In this document: one piece after another, positions 27,294 through 36,422 of the stretch
Layout: each line of letters opens with the position of its first letter
Numbering within the stretch: the stretch's first letter is position 1
Assembly (NCBI GenBank): GCA_041667145.1
Contig: JBAYFP010000004.1
Coordinates: 9,100-73,099, forward strand
Source: Minisyncoccota bacterium
GTDB lineage: Bacteria; Patescibacteriota; Minisyncoccia; Phycocordibacterales; UBA9973
Reading direction: 5' to 3'
Length of the DNA stretch: 64,000 nucleotides
Position numbers and translations under genes: made by a program
The notes under the pieces: generated by a model
Told to the model about the DNA's origin: nothing
What the model saw: only the letters and a program-made list of their open reading frames with translations
Database searches by the model: none

Positions 27294-28029
27294 AGGAGAA
27301 ATCTATAAGGTTGGAAATCATGTGATCGGTTGTGGTGATTCTACAGATCAAGTGTTTGTGTCTAAAGTAATTGGAAAAAATAAAATACGGGCTATTATTG
27401 CCGATCCCCCATACGGCGTTGCGTATGTAGAGAATAAAAAAGGTTTTACTAAGCTTGGAGTTAAAGATGAAAAAATAATTGCAGGCGATCATCTTCAAAG
27501 TGAAAATGAGTATGAAGATTTCACTAGAAAATATTTAGGTGCAGTTATTCCATATTTAGAAGAACATAATGCTTGTTATGTATTCAATGCTGATCCAATG
27601 TTTCCATCTCTGCGTATTGGTATGAAAAATGCAGGTTTTTATTACAGCCAAATGCTCATTTGGATTAAAAATCAACCTGTGATGAGCAGAAAAGATTATC
27701 TATCACAATATGAACTCATTGCATATGGATGGTTTGGTAAACATAAGACAGAAAGATCCAAAGCCAAAAATGTCATATATTATCCAAGACCAAACAAATC
27801 TAAACTTCACCCAACGCAAAAACCGATTGGGTTGCTTCGTAAAATTATTCCTGACAACACATCCATAGGAGATATTATTTACGATCCATTTTTAGGAAGT
27901 GGTTCTACTGCTATTAGTGCTGAACATTTAGGTCGAAAATGTATTGGTATAGAGATAGATGAGGAGTATGTATCTATTGTACTTCAAAGACTAGAAAAAT
28001 TGACTGGAGAAAAACCAGTTAAGATATAA
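27280..28029 (+). CDS. Beta-class DNA amino-methyltransferase (N6A/N4C)
   Basis: Motif IV (IIADPPYGV), HPTQKPIGL, motif I (IYDPFLGSGSTAISA). Overlaps the previous MTase by 14 nt. Confidence 0.85.
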   Translation: MKINKGEIYKVGNHVIGCGDSTDQVFVSKVIGKNKIRAIIADPPYGVAYVENKKGFTKLGVKDEKIIAGDHLQSENEYEDFTRKYLGAVIPYLEEHNACYVFNADPMFPSLRIGMKNAGFYYSQMLIWIKNQPVMSRKDYLSQYELIAYGWFGKHKTERSKAKNVIYYPRPNKSKLHPTQKPIGLLRKIIPDNTSIGDIIYDPFLGSGSTAISAEHLGRKCIGIEIDEEYVSIVLQRLEKLTGEKPVKI

Positions 28030-28033
28030 ATGT

Positions 28034-28408
28034 ATGAGCGAAGAAGACTTTATCAAGGATCCATACAAAAAACAAACATATGAGACGTATGCTCTTTGGA
28101 AGTCTCTCCCTTCATTTTTAAAAGGACAACCAAGAGTAGCTCTTGAAAAATTTGGAATCAGTGAAGAAATAATATTTGAACTTCTATCAATCAAGACTCA
28201 AGCTGAATTTTCAAAGGAATACAATATTGATGTTGGAACACTCACTGATTGGAATAAAAGATTAGAAAAGGATGGTTTAGTCAAAAATATCAATAGTTGG
28301 GCTAGAAAGTTAACTCCAAATGTTATCTTTGCTCTATACAAAAATATTACTAAACATGGCAGAGCTCATGAAGTAAGAGCTTGGTATGAATTAATTGAAA
28401 ATAATTAA
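28034..28408 (+). CDS. Hypothetical small protein with a putative HTH, like a terminase small subunit or transposase HTH
   Basis: 124 aa. IKTQAEFSKEYNIDVGTLTDWNKRLEK resembles an HTH. Confidence 0.45.
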   Translation: MSEEDFIKDPYKKQTYETYALWKSLPSFLKGQPRVALEKFGISEEIIFELLSIKTQAEFSKEYNIDVGTLTDWNKRLEKDGLVKNINSWARKLTPNVIFALYKNITKHGRAHEVRAWYELIENN

Positions 28409-28604
28409 TATGGAAAACATTAATTTAACTGAAATAAATACAATTCTCTCTGATACTCTTCGTAAGGTAGTAGGTAAAGAGATATCACTAAAGCAAGCAA
28501 GTATGATAGCGAAACTTGCCTATACACTTTCAAAGAATATTGTGAATGTGGAATTAAAAGACAGGGTTGAATTCCTTGAACAAGCACTTAAAGCAAGACG
28601 ATAA
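28395..28604 (+). CDS. Hypothetical small protein
   Basis: 69 aa. Translationally coupled, overlapping the previous gene by 14 nt. Confidence 0.35.
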   Translation: MKIINMENINLTEINTILSDTLRKVVGKEISLKQASMIAKLAYTLSKNIVNVELKDRVEFLEQALKARR

Positions 28605-28607
28605 TAT

Positions 28608-30125
28608 ATGAAAAATCTAGCAAACATTTTAAGAAAATCTAACCTTTCTCCCAAAGAAAGAATTATTACTATCGTTCAAAACGAAGTATATAAAGAAAAG
28701 AACGGTAAAGGAACTCTCACTGATTCAGAAATTTATGCTTTATCACAAGGATGGAAACCAAGAGATTCTCGTGAGGTTAAAGAATACAATAGTTATTTAG
28801 ATGCTTCTAAACTGGAAAGATCTATGAGATTAGATGCACGAATGTTTGCGTACCGATCAGAAAATTTCTTATTACGAAATAATATCTTGATTAATTACAC
28901 AACATACTTAGATAATACTTTAGAAGATTTTAAGAAAAATGACACTGTAAATAAATACATATCACAAGAAGAAATAATAAATTTCATTTTAAAAAATACT
29001 TACCTAAGTTATGAAAAATTAATTCATATAATTACTTTTAATAATCTTCCCAAAAATATTAAAGATGACCTACTTCTTCTAGATGAATATGCATCTTACG
29101 ATGGAAAGTATTTAGAGGATGAGGTTTTTCTTTATGAGATATTTAAGAAATCAAAAAAATTAAGTATACAGGATAAAAATATTCTTATTGATCATATATT
29201 TTCTCGTATGTATAATGACGGTTTTAGAAAAATCAAAAATGGCTCTGAAAAAGATGGTTTTATGATGTTACATTCTTTTGCTGAACTTACAATACAAAAT
29301 ATTTTTAAAAAATGGGCAGAATATGCTCATATTAATCTTGATGAGCAAAATATCAGTATCGAAAACTATTTACTTAATAAGTTTGAAGAATATGCAAAAA
29401 ATAGAGATCAAACAATGGAGATGGTTATAAGGGATATATTATCCAAGTGGATAGATGATGGATTGTTTGTGTCTGAATATATGCCAATATTTTTTAGCAA
29501 CAGAAAAGATACATGGAATGGAGATACAAAACTTACCCACAAAGAGATTTTTACAAAATGGTATACAGAATTACAAAAGACAAAAATTTATATTAATAAA
29601 CTTATTTCAAATAATGATATAGAGGTTAAATTTATAGATAGAGAAATTTTTGGTGACACAAAAAAGATTAAAATAGTAACAGGAGAAAGTTTATATAAAT
29701 GTAAAATAGATATTGATTTTGTGAAAGAATATAAAGATCAGATAACAATGCTATCACCAGTAGTGGGTTTATTTTTATTTATCAAAAAGCATAATAACCC
29801 ATTAAGTAGCTATAAAACACTGAAATCTTTTTGCGAGATGGCACAAACTTTTTCTGACATATTTGATATTGATATGACAGATAAGTATACAGAGTCTTTG
29901 CGTTCTTTTGAACAAGAATTATCTATGGTCAATCAAACTTTTAGTAAGTTGCTTGATAAAGTAATTGGACTTTTGTATACAAATGACAACATTAAATATG
30001 TCTTAGAAATAGAAGAAGATAATTTGTCTTTTGATTTAAATAAAGAATCTCTTGAACCGACAGATGAAATGATTAATGATTACAAGGGTGAGCTTAAAAA
30101 GATGGGTTTCGGAACCGATATATAA
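28608..30125 (+). CDS. Hypothetical 505-aa protein, no recognised domain; candidate restriction or defence component
   Basis: Long AT-rich ORF directly downstream of two MTases. No P-loop. Only a weak D..D-x5-EYK element. Confidence 0.55.
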   Translation: MKNLANILRKSNLSPKERIITIVQNEVYKEKNGKGTLTDSEIYALSQGWKPRDSREVKEYNSYLDASKLERSMRLDARMFAYRSENFLLRNNILINYTTYLDNTLEDFKKNDTVNKYISQEEIINFILKNTYLSYEKLIHIITFNNLPKNIKDDLLLLDEYASYDGKYLEDEVFLYEIFKKSKKLSIQDKNILIDHIFSRMYNDGFRKIKNGSEKDGFMMLHSFAELTIQNIFKKWAEYAHINLDEQNISIENYLLNKFEEYAKNRDQTMEMVIRDILSKWIDDGLFVSEYMPIFFSNRKDTWNGDTKLTHKEIFTKWYTELQKTKIYINKLISNNDIEVKFIDREIFGDTKKIKIVTGESLYKCKIDIDFVKEYKDQITMLSPVVGLFLFIKKHNNPLSSYKTLKSFCEMAQTFSDIFDIDMTDKYTESLRSFEQELSMVNQTFSKLLDKVIGLLYTNDNIKYVLEIEEDNLSFDLNKESLEPTDEMINDYKGELKKMGFGTDI

Positions 30126-30141
30126 GACAAATGGCAATAAA

Positions 30142-30170
30142 AAAGGGTGATCATACAATAATCACCCTTT
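30142..30170. terminator. Bidirectional stem-loop terminator between convergent genes
   Basis: AAAGGGTGAT-CATACAATA-ATCACCCTTT, flanked by A and T runs. Confidence 0.6.
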
Positions 30171-30195
30171 TTTATTGCTAGGCATTTACTCGAAC

Positions 30196-31182
30196 TTATT
30201 CTTTACTCCCATCTGCGTAAATGATGGTTGTAACTTCCCATTTATACTTTAAATTAACAAATTCAGTATCTTTTAATTTAACGTCTTCATCCATAAATTG
30301 ATTATAGTCTATTCCTGATTCCCAAACTTTACTTTGGTGCGCAGGAATTGATTTATCATAACCTACACTTATAGCTTTTATTTTATTATCAAAAATATCA
30401 TAAAAAGTTAAGACACCCTCTACTCCTTTAATATCTTTATCTGTTTCATTGGTTAGCTTTAGATTCATTTGAATTTGATCTTGATAAGTACCGTCAGTAT
30501 AATTTGCTTCATAGAAGCTCTTTTTTGTTACTTCAAGACTAACTTTATTTACTTGAGTGATTGGAGCTTGAGTATCTGCTTTAACTACTCCACCTTGTTG
30601 CAAGCTTTTACTTAACTCTTCTTTTGCCTTAGCAACATCAGAAACATGTTTTGCTGTAGAAATTGAACCCATAATAATTGCTAATACAATTAATGCCACA
30701 ATAGAAAGAACTACGCCATGTTTACTTGCTGAAGTTTCTATTTGTTTTATACCTGATGCTTCTGCTTTTTTCTCATATTTCTTTGTAACTAAATGCATAA
30801 TTATTCCTCCCGCAATTCCTACCATGAAAGCGATGATAGTTATAAATGTTCCACCAATTGCAGTTCCTATTGCACCACCAGCCTGTTCAAATTCATTAGC
30901 TGATGAAGAGATAACTTTTGAACCAACAACAAAAGTTAAAACTAATGCGGACACTGGAAGCAAGAAGAAAGATATTTCTGTTAAACGAAAAAATCTTTCT
31001 AAAATATGATTCTTCTCTGTGAATTGATATACATTCCAGATCATTAGAATCCAAATAATTAAGAACCCTATACCCATGTAAGAGTTACCAGTCATCCACG
31101 CATAATTTTGCCAAAAAATTAAAGCTGGTAACAATGCTAACAAAATCTTAAGAGACAAATGCTTTTTGATATTGTTTTCCAT
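30196..31182 (-). CDS. Hypothetical multi-pass membrane protein with a C-terminal extracytoplasmic domain
   Basis: 328 aa. Five predicted TM helices. Ser/Thr/Lys-rich beta-rich C-terminal domain. Confidence 0.55.
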   Translation of the reverse strand: MENNIKKHLSLKILLALLPALIFWQNYAWMTGNSYMGIGFLIIWILMIWNVYQFTEKNHILERFFRLTEISFFLLPVSALVLTFVVGSKVISSSANEFEQAGGAIGTAIGGTFITIIAFMVGIAGGIIMHLVTKKYEKKAEASGIKQIETSASKHGVVLSIVALIVLAIIMGSISTAKHVSDVAKAKEELSKSLQQGGVVKADTQAPITQVNKVSLEVTKKSFYEANYTDGTYQDQIQMNLKLTNETDKDIKGVEGVLTFYDIFDNKIKAISVGYDKSIPAHQSKVWESGIDYNQFMDEDVKLKDTEFVNLKYKWEVTTIIYADGSKE

Positions 31183-31232
31183 ATTTTCTATTTTGCGTTT
31201 TATTTATAAAACCCAGTGATAAGACGCAAAAA

Positions 31233-31340
31233 GCCCACCACATAGGTAGTGACCGAAGTCACTCATATCCGTTTCCAGATACGGCAGATCGTGCGACCCC
31301 ATATGATGGGTTCTTTATGCACGATCTGACTAACTTTCAC
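31233..31340. other. GC-rich, highly structured intergenic patch inside the AT-rich island; candidate ncRNA or recombination/att site
   Basis: Nested inverted repeats: GTGACCGAAGTCAC; CCGTTTCCAGATACGG; GATCGTGCGA-CCCATATGATGGG-TTCTTTAT-GCACGATC. Confidence 0.25.
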
Positions 31341-31467
31341 CATGCCTTTATTCCTAAAGGTTTAGGCTACTTAAACTATTAACTTGTAAAGAAATTATAC
31401 CTTATTTTTTAAGGTCGCACCATATTAGCTCACATTTAAATATTTGTGTAGTCGAGTTATCAACAGC

Positions 31468-34230
31468 TTATTTAATGTGGAATATTTTGATTTTTAGATT
31501 ATCAATAATTAGACTATCAGCGGATAATCCCTTAAAGAATTTAAATACTACGTTTGTTTTAAGTTCTTCAACTTTTGCTTCCTTGTCTTTGATACTATCA
31601 GGATCATTTTCTGTCCATTTCTCAACTATTTTTATTCTTTCCTGTTCAAGAGAAGAAAGATTCGTTATCGAAAGCATAAGACAATCTTCCGCCTTTTCTG
31701 CAAACTTTGTATTATCTTTATCTAAGGTTTTATCTTCTTCAATTTCAAATTCGTTTATTGAGAAAGAATCGTTTTCAAATATAAACATTGTGTCTGGGTA
31801 AGATTTATGTTCTTGGAATTTATATACAATGTAAAAAGGAATTCCATTTATTGATCCTTGGTAATAAGGACCATTATCTTCTCTTGAATTCGTTTCCTGC
31901 CAATGTGGTTTAAAATTTTCAGGATTTGTGTCTTGAATATTGAAATATCCATTAATCCACAGAACGATTGCACTGAGATTATTTTCAGCTGAAACAATTT
32001 GCCCGATTTTTTCCTTTTTTATAGGTATAATTTTACCAAACTTTTTATAAATTGATTCTAGGACTTTATTGTCTTCTGATCGAGCTAAATCTTCACCAAA
32101 TTGATTACCATTAGTATAATGAACATTCGTTTCAGCAATAAATTGTTCTTTATGTAATAAAATATTATATCCGAAACCATCTATCTTTTTTTCAGTATCC
32201 TTAGTGAATTTTTGGACTCTGTATAGCACACGAGCTTTTTCATATGAATCAAAGTTTTCTTTTACAAATTCATTAAATTTGGTATCGTCCAATGATTGTT
32301 CAATTATTTTTTTTCTTACGTCAGTTTCATATTTTTCGGCAATTTGAGAAAAAATGTTGTAAAATTTAATCTTTACAGAGATAAATTGTTCATCTGTTAT
32401 GTGTGTGATAGAAACAAAAGAATGTTGTGTCTTGTTAAGCAGTGGATCAAATTGCTGATTTCCTTCTTTAATATGTGATAACCCATCGTTATAGTTTCCA
32501 TCTTTGATATTAATAGCAAGATTTGGATCATCTACAATAATTTTAAGAATTCTATCAACTAATAAATTTTTAATGTCATCATGAATTGTCACGGTGTAGA
32601 CTTCTCCCTCAGGCATACCCCAACTATCCCAACCGAATGATCCTCTTTTTTCAGAAATTTCAATTGCTTTCAAATAAATAGAAAGATAATAGTTTAAATT
32701 ATCTTCAACATTTCTATAATAATACACTGGGTCTTTTTGTAACGAAGATAAAAGTTTAGAAAAAGCTTCTTTGTAAAAATCTCCTCCACTATTATGTTTA
32801 TATGCCCAAGCAGTAAAACCAAAAATTACAGCTTTCTTTATTAAAATTAATTCATCTAGCTGTGGAAACTCGTCGTGTTCGTAACTTTCACGAGAAAATG
32901 AATTATCTAAAAAAGCTAAGGCTTTTGAAAAAGCTTCTAGATTTTTTTTATCAAAAGCAATCTTTATTTGTCCATTCAAGCTAGAGAGAAAATTTATTGC
33001 GTAATCAATATAATTTTTATCTTTTTTGATCTTTGATTTAATAGAATATTTTGCAACTTCGTTAAGCCATCTAAAGTAGGCATCATGAAACTTAGTTTGC
33101 TCATCAGGACTAAGATCAAAAGATTCATAAAAAGCATGACCAAAATTTCTTAAGAAGATATTAAAAGTCTGAACTGATTTTTTATCTAGGGACTGGTATA
33201 TATAACCCAAAGAGAAACCAACCACTTTCTTTATACAGTCGATATCTCCTTGTTTAAATGAATACTTTTGAAGAGGAAAAATAATATCATCATTTATAAA
33301 CTGAATTATGTCCACATAAGAATCAGCTTTACAAGTAAAATGATCAACAAAACTAGAGAACTCTTTCAGTTTCAACTCAAGCCCCTTAGAATCCTCCATT
33401 TTTATTAAGGAAAACATTTCAGAATAATAAGACCTCATTTCTGCTTCAAGGTATGAAGACGGGTTTTCATATTCATCGCTAATGGAAACAAAGGATCGTA
33501 ATTTTTCCTCGTCTATTTTTTGTCCTTCTTCTTTTTTAATTCCTAATATAACATCATCAAAATCAACAGGTGCTCCATTTGAAATACTGTAAGGTATATA
33601 GTAAGAATACTTTTTAGAAATTTTCTGACTAGTTTCTTTTGTTAAATAAATTTCTTCCGTAAATAAAACATTTATATCAATGTTTGTTATATAACCAGAA
33701 CTCTGTGCCCGAATAAAATAATAAGAATCATTATTTTCATCAAGTAAAAATCTTTCCACATCCTTACCGTCCCTTTTTTCTTCTAGTAATTTCTGAAGTG
33801 CATCATTTTTAATTTTCAAATCCTCAAACTCTTTGAGTTTTTCTTTTATCACTTCTTCTTTGAATTTCTTTACAGCTCTTTCTCCTGAAAGTTCATTTTC
33901 ATTAAATTTAAACACTTCTTTAAAAGCATCAAAAATACTCAACAATAAACTAGCTGATAATATAAAATTTACAAATTCATAAAATGGACTTGGAAAAGCT
34001 AAAAAGCTTAATGCAAAAAATCCTAAACACTGAGTTATAACCTTTTTTATATTTGTATTTTTAGTGAGGGTAATTTTCTCACTTTTATCCTGAAGCCCGT
34101 ATATGTAAACCCCTAGAGAAATAACAATAGTAAAGATTACACCGTAAATTGCTATGAAGGTCTCATTTGCACAAATAAAACCAACTAAGCATGTTTGACT
34201 AATATTGGGAATTACTAAAAGATTTGACAT
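31468..34230 (-). CDS. Hypothetical 920-aa protein with an N-terminal TM region (~3 helices) and a large cytoplasmic domain of unknown function
   Basis: Long uninterrupted ORF. Coiled-coil segment (KLKEFEDLKIKNDALQKLLEEKRD). No NTP-binding or nuclease motif recognised. Confidence 0.6.
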   Translation of the reverse strand: MSNLLVIPNISQTCLVGFICANETFIAIYGVIFTIVISLGVYIYGLQDKSEKITLTKNTNIKKVITQCLGFFALSFLAFPSPFYEFVNFILSASLLLSIFDAFKEVFKFNENELSGERAVKKFKEEVIKEKLKEFEDLKIKNDALQKLLEEKRDGKDVERFLLDENNDSYYFIRAQSSGYITNIDINVLFTEEIYLTKETSQKISKKYSYYIPYSISNGAPVDFDDVILGIKKEEGQKIDEEKLRSFVSISDEYENPSSYLEAEMRSYYSEMFSLIKMEDSKGLELKLKEFSSFVDHFTCKADSYVDIIQFINDDIIFPLQKYSFKQGDIDCIKKVVGFSLGYIYQSLDKKSVQTFNIFLRNFGHAFYESFDLSPDEQTKFHDAYFRWLNEVAKYSIKSKIKKDKNYIDYAINFLSSLNGQIKIAFDKKNLEAFSKALAFLDNSFSRESYEHDEFPQLDELILIKKAVIFGFTAWAYKHNSGGDFYKEAFSKLLSSLQKDPVYYYRNVEDNLNYYLSIYLKAIEISEKRGSFGWDSWGMPEGEVYTVTIHDDIKNLLVDRILKIIVDDPNLAINIKDGNYNDGLSHIKEGNQQFDPLLNKTQHSFVSITHITDEQFISVKIKFYNIFSQIAEKYETDVRKKIIEQSLDDTKFNEFVKENFDSYEKARVLYRVQKFTKDTEKKIDGFGYNILLHKEQFIAETNVHYTNGNQFGEDLARSEDNKVLESIYKKFGKIIPIKKEKIGQIVSAENNLSAIVLWINGYFNIQDTNPENFKPHWQETNSREDNGPYYQGSINGIPFYIVYKFQEHKSYPDTMFIFENDSFSINEFEIEEDKTLDKDNTKFAEKAEDCLMLSITNLSSLEQERIKIVEKWTENDPDSIKDKEAKVEELKTNVVFKFFKGLSADSLIIDNLKIKIFHIK

Positions 34231-34295
34231 TACACAGTAATTATACCATAAAACACGCTAAAATAAAGGCATTTGGGATATTTTAGTTACCAACA

Positions 34296-34345
34296 CTATG
34301 GCAGTGGGACGCTCTGGACTCGTAGGACGGGTTGCGTCATTAATA
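34296..34345. other. GC-rich segment upstream of the recombinase gene; candidate attachment or recombination site
   Basis: GGCAGTGGGACGCTCTGGACTCGTAGGACGGGTTGCGTC in AT-rich surroundings. Terminal inverted repeat GACGC…GCGTC. Confidence 0.25.
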
Positions 34346-34352
34346 TAGGTAT

Positions 34353-35681
34353 ATGAAAATAGATAACCCAAATCAAGAGAAAGGTGTAGAGAAAATCAAG
34401 GTAGAACCAAAGAAGATAAGGTACTGTCTTTATGCAAGAAAATCAACAGAATCAGAAGAAAGACAGGTTCTTTCAATAGACAGCCAAATCAGCGAGATGC
34501 TCCAATTAGCCGATCGTGAGGGGCTTGAGGTGGTCACTATGAAGCGTGAATCGCATAGTGCTAAAGAGACTGGGCAACGACCTGTATTCAATGAAATAAT
34601 TGAGGAAATCAAACAAGAGAAATTCAATGCAATACTCACATGGGCACCCGATCGTATTTCAAGAAATGCAGGTGACCTTGGAAAAATAGTAGATTTAATG
34701 GATTCAGGAAAATTACATATGATACGAACCTTCGGTCAAACATTTGGGAATAATCCAAATGAAAAATTCTTACTGATGATTCTTGGCTCACAAGCAAAAC
34801 TAGAAAATGATAATCGAGGTATTAACGTGAAGCGAGGACTACGAACAAGAGTGGAGATGGGGTTATGGCCTGGGATGGCACCGCTTGGCTACTTAAACCA
34901 AAAGTTAATGGATCGGAAGTGTCAGATAGTGATTGATCCTGATAGAGCACCTATAATAAAGAAAATGTTTGAGAAAGTAGTATATGAACACTGGAGCGGT
35001 AGAAAAGTATACAATTGGTTACGATTTGATTTAAATTTCTATACTCGAGGAAATAAACCCCTGACACTCTCAGGGGTTTATCGTATATTCAATATGCCAA
35101 TCTATTATGGACCATTTGAATATCCTAGAAATTCTGATAATTGGTATCAAGGAAGTCATACGCCAATAATCACTCAGGAGTTATTTGAAAAAGCTCAAGC
35201 ACAATTAAAGAGAGATAGAATCGTGAGAGAAAATAGAGAGTTTGCTTTTACTAAATTATTTACATGTGGAATGTGTAGTTCAGGAATATCTGCTCAAGAG
35301 AAATACAAGGAACTTAAAGATGGAACTACTGCTAAGTATGTTTACTACTCCTGTTCGAAGGCTAGAGATAGAAATTGTAAAAACAAATATATTAGAGAAG
35401 AAGAATTGATTGATGAATTATTTAAAGTTATTGATAAGGTAAGTATTAATGAATTAGGCATGCGAATTAAACTCGAAGAAGAAATTAAACGATTCAATCG
35501 ACTTCAAAGGTTGGCGACAAAAGGTACGCCAAAGTATTCGATCAATGAAGACGATGTAAACACAAGAGAATATGCCAAGTATGTACTTCGAGAAGGCACA
35601 CCCTTAGAAAAGAGAGAATTGCTTGGACATTTAAGGAGTAGGTTGGTGTTGAATGATAAAAAAATCACATTAGTAACTTAA
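34353..35681 (+). CDS. Large serine recombinase (resolvase-family catalytic domain, recombinase domain and zinc ribbon)
   Basis: YARKSTESEERQVLSIDSQ (catalytic Ser region), AILTWAPDRISRN, and C-terminal FTCGMCSSG…YYSCSK…CKNKY zinc ribbon. 442 aa. Confidence 0.85.
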   Translation: MKIDNPNQEKGVEKIKVEPKKIRYCLYARKSTESEERQVLSIDSQISEMLQLADREGLEVVTMKRESHSAKETGQRPVFNEIIEEIKQEKFNAILTWAPDRISRNAGDLGKIVDLMDSGKLHMIRTFGQTFGNNPNEKFLLMILGSQAKLENDNRGINVKRGLRTRVEMGLWPGMAPLGYLNQKLMDRKCQIVIDPDRAPIIKKMFEKVVYEHWSGRKVYNWLRFDLNFYTRGNKPLTLSGVYRIFNMPIYYGPFEYPRNSDNWYQGSHTPIITQELFEKAQAQLKRDRIVRENREFAFTKLFTCGMCSSGISAQEKYKELKDGTTAKYVYYSCSKARDRNCKNKYIREEELIDELFKVIDKVSINELGMRIKLEEEIKRFNRLQRLATKGTPKYSINEDDVNTREYAKYVLREGTPLEKRELLGHLRSRLVLNDKKITLVT

Positions 35682-35727
35682 TACTATAATATTTCAAAAA
35701 ATCATTGAAAATGGTAATATTTAATAT

Positions 35728-36408
35728 ATGAAAAAAGTGATTATATTAGGAGCTAGTGACGGTCTTGGCAAGGCAATTGCCAATTTATTTAATAGTGAAA
35801 AAATAGAAGTAATTAATATAAGTAGAACACCTTGTGATATATCAGGTGTTACAAATATTGCTTGTGATTTATCAATAGAAAAAGACATCGATAATGCTGT
35901 TAATACTATAAAAGAAAAGCATAGTGATTTTGATACAATAATAAATTGTGCTGCTATTGTAGCGATGGAAAAGATAAACGAGATTACATATCCTAAACTT
36001 GAAAAAGCATTTAAAATAAACACTATAGCACCATTATATTTTCTATCTTCTCTGTTTGATACTATTGTAAAAAATGAAGCAGATATATTAAACATTGGTA
36101 CAACAGCAGACCTAAAGGCTGGTTTTGTTGATCAATTAGCATACACTTCAACTAAATATGGATTAAGGGGTGGTTCATATAACCTTGGATTAGAATTAGC
36201 AAAAACAAAAAGCAGAATGATATATGTTCACTGTGGTGGTATGAATACACAGATGCATGAAAAAGATTATGGAAAGAAAATAGAAGACCCAACTGAATGG
36301 ATGGATACAAAAGATGTAGCTGGTATAGTTTTGTATTTATTAAAATTACCTAAACAAGTAGAGATAACAGAAATTACTATTAGTCGTAAGAAAAGAAGAT
36401 TAATTTAA
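35728..36408 (+). CDS. Short-chain dehydrogenase/reductase (SDR) family oxidoreductase
   Basis: ILGASDGLGKAIA Rossmann motif and YTSTKYG (YxxxK). 226 aa. Confidence 0.75.
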   Translation: MKKVIILGASDGLGKAIANLFNSEKIEVINISRTPCDISGVTNIACDLSIEKDIDNAVNTIKEKHSDFDTIINCAAIVAMEKINEITYPKLEKAFKINTIAPLYFLSSLFDTIVKNEADILNIGTTADLKAGFVDQLAYTSTKYGLRGGSYNLGLELAKTKSRMIYVHCGGMNTQMHEKDYGKKIEDPTEWMDTKDVAGIVLYLLKLPKQVEITEITISRKKRRLI

Positions 36409-36422
36409 AAAAATAAAATTTT

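Noticed and set aside
31233-31340. Identity of the GC-rich patch as SRP RNA, RNase P RNA, tmRNA or a hammerhead ribozyme
   Set aside because: No GGAAGCAGCC-type SRP domain IV, no RNase P P4 (AGGAAAGTCCGGGC), no tRNA-like tmRNA end, and no CUGAnGA…GAAA hammerhead core on either strand. Kept only as an unclassified structured element.
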